Shown piece after piece: positions 46,944-55,374 of a DNA stretch of 64,000 nt (positions are counted from its first letter, which is position 1; each line of letters begins with the position of its first letter). Under the pieces are notes generated by a model. That model worked only from the letters and a program-made list of their open reading frames with translations. It made no database searches and was not told the DNA's origin. The translations under genes and the position numbers were made by a program. Location: positions 29,981 to 93,980 of the forward strand of contig JAHBAR020000020.1 in NCBI GenBank assembly GCA_018500015.2, in the 5' to 3' direction. Source of the stretch: Candidatus Kerfeldbacteria bacterium. Its GTDB lineage: Bacteria; Patescibacteriota; Patescibacteriia; UBA9570; XYC2-FULL-38-9.

Positions 46944-47762
46944 ATGCAACACACTCAAGACAAGCTTATACAATTACAAGAAATGCTGCGCTCGATGGGC
47001 ACAGTACTTGTTGCCTTTTCTGGCGGTGTCGACAGCACACTGCTTGCCAAGGTTGCACACGATGTATTAGGTGACAAAGCAATTGCGATCATCGCGCAAT
47101 CTGAGACCTATACCAAATCTGAGATGACTGAAGCGCTCAACGTGGCCAAAATCATCGGCATTCACACCGAAACCATCCACACAGAAGAAGTGTCAGACCC
47201 ACGGTATAAAAAAAATCCGGTGAATCGCTGCTACTATTGCAAAAGCGAACTGTTCACCAAATTAAAAGCGTACGCGAAACAGCACAACTTCACATATATA
47301 GTCGAAGGCACAAACGCCTCGGACAAAGATGATTATCGCCCCGGCAAAAAAGCGATCATCGAAAGCGCCGTCAACAGTCCGCTCAAAGATGTTGGCCTTA
47401 ATAAAGATGAAATTCGCGAACTGCTGAAAGGCTATGGCATTCCAAACTGGAACAAACCATCCAATGCCTGCCTTGCTTCACGCTTCCCATATGCAACCGA
47501 AATCACTCCAGAAAAATTAGCGACGGTTGAAAAAGCAGAAATTTTCATCAAACAATTTGGCATTGATCAACTTCGCGTTCGCTATCATGATAAAGTTGCG
47601 CGCATTGAAGTGCCAGAGGAATATATGGACACAATTCTTGCACACAGAAAAGAAATTTTCGATCACTTTAAACACCTCGGCTTCGCGTACACCGCGCTTG
47701 ATCTCAAAGGGTATCGCACCGGCTCACTCAATGAAACAATTGTATGGAAAAAGAAAGAATAA
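46944..47762 (+). CDS. larE: LarE, PP-loop ATP-dependent sulfur transferase of nickel-pincer cofactor synthesis
   Basis: PP-loop VAFSGGVDSTLLA, CYYCK (Cys96, Cys99) and SNACLASRFPY (Cys176). Confidence 0.85.
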   Translation: MQHTQDKLIQLQEMLRSMGTVLVAFSGGVDSTLLAKVAHDVLGDKAIAIIAQSETYTKSEMTEALNVAKIIGIHTETIHTEEVSDPRYKKNPVNRCYYCKSELFTKLKAYAKQHNFTYIVEGTNASDKDDYRPGKKAIIESAVNSPLKDVGLNKDEIRELLKGYGIPNWNKPSNACLASRFPYATEITPEKLATVEKAEIFIKQFGIDQLRVRYHDKVARIEVPEEYMDTILAHRKEIFDHFKHLGFAYTALDLKGYRTGSLNETIVWKKKE

Positions 47763-48493
47763 TCGAAACACTCAACAACTACAAAGAGAAAAAAATTAAT
47801 TTGAACGAAGCACTCAATGAGCTGCGTGATCTTCCATTTGAAAATCTCGACTTTGCAAAAATAGATCATCATCGCACACTGCGCAACGGATACCCGGAGG
47901 TGATTTATTGCAAAGGCAAAACCATTCCGCAAATTGTCGCCATCTTCGCCCACCTTCGTGAAAAGTCTTCAAACATCATGCTCACTAAAGCATCGCGCGA
48001 GGTCTACGAAGCGTTGAAAGTGATCGACAAAAAAGTGGAATTCAACGAACTTGCTGGATGCATTGCGCTCAAACGTCGCAAAAATAAAAAGAAAGGCACT
48101 ATCCTCATTGTTGCTGCTGGCACTGCCGACCTCCCTGTTGCCGAAGAAGCAAAGTTTACCGCTGAGTTCATGGGAGTCACTGTCGACACTGTGTATGACG
48201 TTGGTGTTGCGGGACTTCCGCGCTTGCTCGCATCAAAAGAAAAAATCTTCAGCGCAAAATGCATTATCGCAATTGCCGGCATGGACGGTGCGTGCGTGCC
48301 AACAACCGCAGGCCTCGCAAAATGTCCAATCATTGGAGTGCCCACATCCACAGGCTATGGTGCAAATCTCGACGGACTCGCCCCACTCCTCACCATGCTC
48401 AACTCCTGCGCGCCGGGTGTCTCGGTGATGAATATCGACAACGGATTTGGGGCAGGATACTTGGCCGCTATCATAGTCCAACAATCTAAATAA
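47744..48493 (+). CDS. larB: LarB, NaAD carboxylase/hydrolase of nickel-pincer cofactor synthesis
   Basis: DFAKIDHHRTLRNGYPEVIYCKGKTIPQI, followed by the PurE-like VAAGTADLPVAEEA...AIAGMDGA. It overlaps larE by 19 nt. Confidence 0.85.
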   Translation: MEKERIIETLNNYKEKKINLNEALNELRDLPFENLDFAKIDHHRTLRNGYPEVIYCKGKTIPQIVAIFAHLREKSSNIMLTKASREVYEALKVIDKKVEFNELAGCIALKRRKNKKKGTILIVAAGTADLPVAEEAKFTAEFMGVTVDTVYDVGVAGLPRLLASKEKIFSAKCIIAIAGMDGACVPTTAGLAKCPIIGVPTSTGYGANLDGLAPLLTMLNSCAPGVSVMNIDNGFGAGYLAAIIVQQSK

Positions 48494-48635
48494 ACACATA
48501 AATGGCACACTGCTTGTCGTTCGCTTTCGCGCTACTCGACGTACCAGAAAGTACGCCTCGGTCGCGCTCAAGCTTCACGACTTCGCATTGCGCTCATTTC
48601 TGAGTTTATTCCTCAAGTATGATAAAATATTGTGT

Positions 48636-49841
48636 ATGAAAAGATTATTGATCGACGCACGCTCAGGAATTTCTGGCGATATGTTCTCCGGTGCTTTGTT
48701 AGGTTTGCTCGATGACGATGCGTTTGTTATTCGTGAGCTCAAAAAACTCAAGCTCAACGAATTCAAAATTGAAACGCGCTGGGTCGAAAAAAAAGGTGTA
48801 CGTGCAAAAAAATTTGATGTGATTCTCTATGATCATCATCACGACGATCATGGACACGAACAGGGACATAACCACTCTCATTCACATGTGCACAATCGCA
48901 ATCTCAGCGACATCACACATATCATAGATGGCAGCATGCTTTCTCCTGCTGTGAAAAATTTGAGCAAAAAAATATTTTTAACGCTTGGAAAAGCAGAAGC
49001 GAAAGCGCACGCTGTCCCACTCAATGAAGTGCACTTTCATGAAGTTGGTGCTATTGATTCAATAGTCGACATTGTAAGCGCTGCTATTCTCATTACTAAG
49101 CTCGGTATCACTGAATATGCTGTTGCCAACCTCACCGAAGGCACGGGTGCAGTGCATATTGACCACGGTGAAGTTACGCTTCCTGTTCCTGCTGTGCGTG
49201 AACTGCTCAAAAACGTACCACTTTCACGTGTACGCGTTGCCAAAGAACTCATCACACCAACTGGCGCTGCAATTCTTAAAACCATGAAGATGAAGTTTGT
49301 TGACTCAGTTGATATGGAAGGGACGAAAATTTCCTACGGTGCTGGTACACGCGATCTCGATTTTCCAAACGTGCTCAAAGTGGCAATTGCGGCCGACACA
49401 CACCACGATCGCAAAATGTTGATCGAGACACACATCGACGACATGACTCCTGAGATGATTCCACACATCGTCGATGCACTTCTCACGCGCGGCGCTATCG
49501 ACGCATTTGCTCAACCACTCGTGATGAAAAAAAATCGCGTTGGCGTTTTACTTTCTGTGCTCTGTGAAGCAGCGCGCGTTGACTCTCTCGTAGAAGCGAT
49601 CTTCGAAGAGACATCGACATTCGGTATGCGCGTGCGACCAATCGATCGCGTGATTCTCAAACGCACAATGAAAAATCTTAAAACGCCTTATGGTTCGGTT
49701 CCAATAAAAATTGGCAGCTACAATGGCAAGCGCATGAATGCAAAGGCAGAATCAGATGTAGCGGCAAAAATTGCGAAAGACAAACACATTCCATTAAAAG
49801 AAGTCTACGCTGCAATCAATTCAGCGCTCAATCGAGATTGA
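48636..49841 (+). CDS. larC: LarC, nickel-inserting cyclometallase
   Basis: Start at MKRLLIDARSGISGDMFSGALLGL. His-rich HHHDDHGHEQGHNHSHSHVH. It is a single uninterrupted ORF. Confidence 0.85.
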   Translation: MKRLLIDARSGISGDMFSGALLGLLDDDAFVIRELKKLKLNEFKIETRWVEKKGVRAKKFDVILYDHHHDDHGHEQGHNHSHSHVHNRNLSDITHIIDGSMLSPAVKNLSKKIFLTLGKAEAKAHAVPLNEVHFHEVGAIDSIVDIVSAAILITKLGITEYAVANLTEGTGAVHIDHGEVTLPVPAVRELLKNVPLSRVRVAKELITPTGAAILKTMKMKFVDSVDMEGTKISYGAGTRDLDFPNVLKVAIAADTHHDRKMLIETHIDDMTPEMIPHIVDALLTRGAIDAFAQPLVMKKNRVGVLLSVLCEAARVDSLVEAIFEETSTFGMRVRPIDRVILKRTMKNLKTPYGSVPIKIGSYNGKRMNAKAESDVAAKIAKDKHIPLKEVYAAINSALNRD

Positions 49842-49894
49842 TTATTCGCGGTATTTCTTGTATACTCGTGAGCAGCTTTTTGCTCTATTTTTGT

Positions 49895-51241
49895 ATGCTC
49901 AACTGGCGCAAACCTATCATTTACCTCTTTTTTTGGAAAGATACTCACATCTTGCGATATTTGCGTGAACTCACACCAATTCAATTTTGGCCGCGCAATG
50001 AAATCAAAAAATTGCAGAACGAAAAATTGCAGATGCTTTTACAGCATGCTTACGATCACGTGCCGTATTATCACGATCTGTTTGAAAAATTAGGCATCGT
50101 TGCTGACGGGAAAGTTGATGCGTCACAATTTTCCAAAATTCCACCACTCACCAAAGATGTTATTCGCGAGCAAAAAGAGCGCTTATATGCCGACGATAAA
50201 GAAACACGCGACTTTTATAAAAACACATCTGGCGGCTCAACCGGCGTGCCAGTAGAGTTTGTGCAAGATTCCACGTATCGCGACATGTCGTGGGCGAATA
50301 AAATTATGTACAACCGCATGGTCGGCAAAGACGATGGCATGCGCGAAGTCAAACTCTGGGGCTCTGAACGCGATATTTTTCAAGGTTCAGAAAGTTTCCG
50401 CGCGCGCTTACAACACTTTTTGTACAACCGCATGTTGCTCAACAGCTTCCGCATGTCGGAAAGCAAAATGGGTGAATATGTCGAACGCATTAACACATTC
50501 AAACCAGTGCTGCTCTGGTCATACATCGACTCTGCATACGAACTTGCACGCTATATAAAAACACATAACCTCAAGGTCCACGCCCCAAAAGCCATCTTAG
50601 TGACAGCCGGCACAGTGTATCCAGAAATCAAAGAGTACATTTCCAAAGCATTCAACGCGCCGGTCTACAACCAATATGGCTCACGCGAAGCTGGCGACAT
50701 GGCATGCGAATGCCCAGAGCGGAACGGGCTACATGTATTTGAATATCTGTATGTTTTTGAAATTCTTGATGAAAAATTACAATCGGTTGCACCCGGTGTT
50801 ATTGGTGATATTTACGTTACGTTGCTCATGAATTCTTCAATGCCTCTTATTCGCTATCGTATTGGCGACACTGCGTCATGGAAAGAAGATGCTGCGTGTG
50901 GATGTGGACGCAATTTGCCACGCATAAACGATGTGCATGGTCGCATCACTGATCACTTCCGCAGAGCCGATGGCACTGTTATTCACGGTGAATACTTCAC
51001 TCACCTCTTTTATTTCCGTCCGTGGATCAAAAAATTCCAGGTTATTCAAAATGATCACACACACGTCACTTGTTTGATCGTCAAAAACAGCCAAGAAAAT
51101 CATGCTGACGTGGGCGACATTGCGGACAAAATCAAACTCGTGATGGGCAATGAATGCGAAGTCACTTTTCAATATGTTGATGACATCGCGCCCAGTGGAT
51201 CGGGTAAATACTTGTACACAAAAAGCTTGATTGCTGCGTAA
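49895..51241 (+). CDS. Adenylate-forming ligase of the PaaK/CapK/F390-synthetase family
   Basis: NTSGGSTGVPVEF (AMP-binding core), plus YNQYGSREAG and RYRIGD. Start taken at MLNWRK; the tracked TTG start is less likely. Confidence 0.7.
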   Translation: MLNWRKPIIYLFFWKDTHILRYLRELTPIQFWPRNEIKKLQNEKLQMLLQHAYDHVPYYHDLFEKLGIVADGKVDASQFSKIPPLTKDVIREQKERLYADDKETRDFYKNTSGGSTGVPVEFVQDSTYRDMSWANKIMYNRMVGKDDGMREVKLWGSERDIFQGSESFRARLQHFLYNRMLLNSFRMSESKMGEYVERINTFKPVLLWSYIDSAYELARYIKTHNLKVHAPKAILVTAGTVYPEIKEYISKAFNAPVYNQYGSREAGDMACECPERNGLHVFEYLYVFEILDEKLQSVAPGVIGDIYVTLLMNSSMPLIRYRIGDTASWKEDAACGCGRNLPRINDVHGRITDHFRRADGTVIHGEYFTHLFYFRPWIKKFQVIQNDHTHVTCLIVKNSQENHADVGDIADKIKLVMGNECEVTFQYVDDIAPSGSGKYLYTKSLIAA

Positions 51242-51246
51242 AAAGT

Positions 51247-52590
51247 ATGTCTCTGTCCTCTGTCTTTAACTCCGAACGAATCGAAAGCGGTCTTCAAAAA
51301 ATACTTCTTATAGGGTATTCAAAAATTCTAAAAAAAGAACCGAGCGAAAAAATCAAAAACTTTTTCACCAACTTTGGGTATCTTGCACTCGCTGAATTAA
51401 TCGGTAGCGTCATCGGCTTTCCAATTAAAATTCTTGTTGGGCGCTTTTTGGGCCCTGAGGAGTATGGTAAATACGCCCTCATTCTCAACCTTACTCAATT
51501 TTTTATCATTCCAATGCTTTTGGGATTTTCGACCGCAGTACTTCAATACCTTCCTTCACACCCCGAAAAAAAATCCCGCATTATGACAATTGTGTTTGCT
51601 TGTACTATTGTCACCACCGGTTTTTTTACTCTCTTCTTTTTATTGACACCACATATTTGGACAAGCCTATTTAATGTTTCGCGAGACATTTTTATATGGA
51701 CTATTGCGTATAGCATTATCTATGTTTTTTATTATGTACTTGAAGCATTTCAACGCGGATCACATCGCTTCTTTCTTCTCTTTTGGATTACCATTCTCAA
51801 CTCTTCAGTGTTGCTTATCACATTTTTAATTTTCTTATTTGGCTTTCATCAAGAAACATATCAAACCTTTATCACCGCTAACATTGTTGCCTTTGCCTCT
51901 TCGTGCGTAGTCTTTCTGTACTTTTTTTTCTTCAAGGACAAGCCTGACTACACGCCTGATGCGCAACTGACAAAAAAAATACTCAGCTACTCGGGGTTGG
52001 CAACACTCGGCGGCATTACAGGGTTCATTATAGGTAATACAGATCGTCTATTTTTGAATCATTACGCCTCGCTGTACTGGGTTGGTGTATATGCTGCATA
52101 CACAAATGCAAGCACATTTCTGATTGGCAGATTTTTTCAACTCTTTTTAAATGTATATTTTCCTACTGTTGCTAAAGAAAAAGATAAGAGTGCTGTTATA
52201 CACTCTGTACAACGCATGTATCGATTTGCAGTTATTCCAATTTTTATTGTTTCCGTTCTTTCCATTTGGGGTGTCATGTTACTATTTGGCAACGCCTTTC
52301 CTATTTTACCGCATTTCATTTTGCTTTTTTCATTTAACAACTGCTTGATGGTGCTCTATCAACTACAGATGTGGCTCTTCAACGCTCAAGGAAACCGCGG
52401 TATGAAGACAACGTCGCGGATACTCATCTTCAATGCTGTGTTGAATATTATTCTCTACTTTTTCCTCATTCAGTGGTGGGGCGTGGTTGGTGCCTTGTTC
52501 TCTGCAACAATCACCTACACTATTTTTATTCTCTACTATCGTAATCGAGTGCGTCATTTTATTGCTCGTGGATATTTTAACGAAGCCTAA
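51247..52590 (+). CDS. Oligosaccharide flippase (Wzx/MOP family)
   Basis: 447 aa with about 12 TM segments. The N-terminus FGYLALAELIGSVIGFPIKILVGRFLGPEEYGKYA is typical of Polysacc_synt. Confidence 0.65.
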   Translation: MSLSSVFNSERIESGLQKILLIGYSKILKKEPSEKIKNFFTNFGYLALAELIGSVIGFPIKILVGRFLGPEEYGKYALILNLTQFFIIPMLLGFSTAVLQYLPSHPEKKSRIMTIVFACTIVTTGFFTLFFLLTPHIWTSLFNVSRDIFIWTIAYSIIYVFYYVLEAFQRGSHRFFLLFWITILNSSVLLITFLIFLFGFHQETYQTFITANIVAFASSCVVFLYFFFFKDKPDYTPDAQLTKKILSYSGLATLGGITGFIIGNTDRLFLNHYASLYWVGVYAAYTNASTFLIGRFFQLFLNVYFPTVAKEKDKSAVIHSVQRMYRFAVIPIFIVSVLSIWGVMLLFGNAFPILPHFILLFSFNNCLMVLYQLQMWLFNAQGNRGMKTTSRILIFNAVLNIILYFFLIQWWGVVGALFSATITYTIFILYYRNRVRHFIARGYFNEA

Positions 52591-52597
52591 AAAATGT

Positions 52598-53725
52598 ATG
52601 AAGATCTGTATCATCAGCTTAGGAAGTTATCCGCTCTTTAATCCCACATGCACACGCACATTCGGTGGATCTGAAGTGCAATTGTTTGTACTTGCACAAG
52701 AGTTGGCAAAAAATCCTAACATCGATCTCCATTTTATTGTTGGCGATTTTGGACAAGAAAAAGTTGAAAAGTACGGACGCATCACTGTCTACAAAGGCAT
52801 CCCAGTCAAACGACACTCAAAAGTCGCTCGCTTTTTACCACGAAGCAAAGTGCTGCTCTTTAACTTGATGCGCAAAATTCAAGCTGATATATATATTCAA
52901 CGCTCTGCGAGCGCTGGCACAGGGCTCATTGCCCTCCTCGCTCACTTTTGGCGCAAAAAATTTGTGTACATGACTGCGCATGAAATAGATTGCAACGGTG
53001 GATTTGAACAACAAAATAGCTGGCTCGCGGGCAAACTTTTTCAATTCGGCATTCGTAGTGCAGACTTAGTAGTAACTCAATCACAAGAGCATGCGCAGAT
53101 GATCACAGCGCACCATCGTCGCAGTAGTATTGTCATTCCATCGCTCTATGCAATTGCGCCTGAGAGTGCGTTTGAACATATAGAAAAAACATACACGCTT
53201 TGGGTTGGTCGTTGCGAAGATTGGAAACGTCCGGAAATTTTTATTGAACTTGCACACCGCCATCCTGAACAAGAGTTTGTAATGATCTCGCCTGAGTCAA
53301 ACAATCAAAGTGACTACTACATTGAAATCAAAAAACAACTTGAACACGCACCAAAAAATTTGCGCCACGTCACCTATGTTCCGTTTGCAGAAATCGACGA
53401 ATACTTCAAACACGCAAAGCTTTTTATCAACACCTCTTCATACGAGGGCTTCCCAAATACATTTGTGCAAGCCATGAAAAACCAAACGCCAATTCTTTCC
53501 CTTGTCGTCAATCCAGACCAGATGCTTGAACATGCAGGCTGTGGCGCTTCCGCACACAATGACACCGAGCAATTCTACGCTCTTGCAAAAAAATACCTGA
53601 GCACTCCTGCTCTTCTATCTAAATGTGGACAAGCTGGCTATCGCTATGCAAAAGAAATACATGATAGTCACAAAATTACACAGCAATACACAGAGCTATT
53701 TGAAGATTTGATACAAAAACGTTAG
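52598..53725 (+). CDS. Glycosyltransferase family 4
   Basis: Start at MKICIISLGSYPL...GGSEVQ. C-terminal SSYEGFPNTFVQAMKNQTPILS. Confidence 0.75.
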   Translation: MKICIISLGSYPLFNPTCTRTFGGSEVQLFVLAQELAKNPNIDLHFIVGDFGQEKVEKYGRITVYKGIPVKRHSKVARFLPRSKVLLFNLMRKIQADIYIQRSASAGTGLIALLAHFWRKKFVYMTAHEIDCNGGFEQQNSWLAGKLFQFGIRSADLVVTQSQEHAQMITAHHRRSSIVIPSLYAIAPESAFEHIEKTYTLWVGRCEDWKRPEIFIELAHRHPEQEFVMISPESNNQSDYYIEIKKQLEHAPKNLRHVTYVPFAEIDEYFKHAKLFINTSSYEGFPNTFVQAMKNQTPILSLVVNPDQMLEHAGCGASAHNDTEQFYALAKKYLSTPALLSKCGQAGYRYAKEIHDSHKITQQYTELFEDLIQKR

Positions 53726-53736
53726 GATATGCTGAT

Positions 53737-55374
53737 ATGAATGAACAACGCGTTGCGGTCATTGAACAAAATACACCAGCATATCCAAAAGCACCTTTTT
53801 CTCCTGCTAAAATCTTTCCTGAACTTAACTCTCCAGCGCTTACATTTTTAAAAAACGAGACACTTGATGAAAGTAATGAAGTATATACATCAGTGCGTGA
53901 GCTTTTTATTAAGCTTGAAATGGACAAAGAGCATATTGGCACACCTGACTGGGAACCATTTCGCGAAATGATCAAGCCAGGTCAACACGCTGTACTCAAA
54001 GCAAATTTTGTTAAAGGTAATCATCCGCTCAATGAAGTAGGCATCACAAGCATGATCACTCACGCTTCGGTGATGCGCGCAGTCATCGATTACCTCCTAC
54101 TTTCAACAAATGGCAATTGTAAAATCACCATTTGCGATGTCGCCCTTCAAAGTTCTGTATGGGAAGAAATTATTGAAGGCTCAGGCACCAAGGCGCTTGT
54201 GGAATTCTATGCACAACACGGCATTCAGATTAACCTACTTGATCTGCGTCGTGAAATTTCACACCTCAATGATCAATTCGTTATCGACAGTCGCGATTTT
54301 GCTGATCGTGATCCATTAGGATACGCAGCAGTTGATCTTGGCAAGCAAAGCGCACTCATGCCAATCATACACAAGTACAAGCGCTTCATGATCACTGATT
54401 ATGGTCGAGGCACAGTTCCAGAACATCATAATCCAGAAAAAAATGAATACTGCATCGCCAAAACAATTTTAAGCGCAGATTTATTTATCAATTTGCCAAA
54501 ACTGAAAAGTCACCGCAAAACAGGTCTCACTTGTGCGCTCAAGAATCTTATCGGCATGAACGGCGACAAACGTTGGATTGCTCACCACACCGAACGCTCA
54601 AAAGGTTTGGGCGGCGATGAATTCCCCAAGTACGTGCTCCGGAACTGGTTTGAATTTCGGCTGTTCAGTTTCCTCAAACGCAACGGCAAGATGGGTATTT
54701 GGGCCGCTTCTCAAATTCGCAAAAACCATACACGCGCATACAAAATCAAAAACCAACTATTTGGACTGTTTGGTATTGACCGTACAAAAAAAGGTACGTC
54801 AACTCAAACGAATACTGCCGCATGTGAAACATATGTACCTCCAGAACGCATCTACCACATCTCGTACGATGCATTTCTAAAAACCTTTCCCGGCAGCTCC
54901 CGCGAAGTATTTCAAGAACTCAACCCTGTAGCTTCACGCCCAATGGAAGGGAGTTGGTATGGCAACGACACTCTGTGGCGCACAGTTTCTGACTTAAATC
55001 ACATCATCTTCTTTGCAGACAAAAACGGAGAGCTCCGTGAAACTGTGCAACGCAACTATTTCTGCATTGTTGATGGCATTATTGGAGGAGAAAAAGAGGC
55101 TCCAATGGAGCATACGCCAAAATTTACCGCAACACTTGTTGGCGGCACTCACCCTCTTGCCATTGACTTTGGTTGCGCGCGCATCATGGATTTTGATTAC
55201 AACAAAATTCCCATGATTAAAAATTTATTTGAACAAAAAGTAAATTTTTCACACCTCACTCCTGATCAGATTGAGTTGGTATCAAATAGATCTGAGCTCC
55301 CACATTTTCATTTCCGTCCTGCGCGCAACTGGAAAGGACACATTGAGACCGATCCACGCTGGTGGGCTGACTAA
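53737..55374 (+). CDS. DUF362-domain protein (long form, 545 aa)
   Basis: HAVLKANFVKGNHP, SMITHASVMRAV and LPKLKSHRKTGLTCALKNLIGMNG resemble the DUF362 family pattern as I remember it. It is the last gene of the lar-containing operon. Confidence 0.6.
   Translation: MNEQRVAVIEQNTPAYPKAPFSPAKIFPELNSPALTFLKNETLDESNEVYTSVRELFIKLEMDKEHIGTPDWEPFREMIKPGQHAVLKANFVKGNHPLNEVGITSMITHASVMRAVIDYLLLSTNGNCKITICDVALQSSVWEEIIEGSGTKALVEFYAQHGIQINLLDLRREISHLNDQFVIDSRDFADRDPLGYAAVDLGKQSALMPIIHKYKRFMITDYGRGTVPEHHNPEKNEYCIAKTILSADLFINLPKLKSHRKTGLTCALKNLIGMNGDKRWIAHHTERSKGLGGDEFPKYVLRNWFEFRLFSFLKRNGKMGIWAASQIRKNHTRAYKIKNQLFGLFGIDRTKKGTSTQTNTAACETYVPPERIYHISYDAFLKTFPGSSREVFQELNPVASRPMEGSWYGNDTLWRTVSDLNHIIFFADKNGELRETVQRNYFCIVDGIIGGEKEAPMEHTPKFTATLVGGTHPLAIDFGCARIMDFDYNKIPMIKNLFEQKVNFSHLTPDQIELVSNRSELPHFHFRPARNWKGHIETDPRWWAD

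Noticed and set aside
48494-48635. 142-nt gap between larB and larC, examined for a riboswitch, sRNA or larC frameshift remnant
   Set aside because: It contains only a short 5-bp hairpin (CGTAC-CAGAAA-GTACG) and an AT-rich -10-like element. There is no recognisable conserved RNA motif, and larC is one intact ORF. The evidence is insufficient to call a feature.
55371-55374. Convergent stop-codon overlap here, and the 71-nt convergent overlap at 63739-63809
   Set aside because: Both are consistent with the very compact gene packing across the window. I see no sign of misassembly and no functional implication that I can support.
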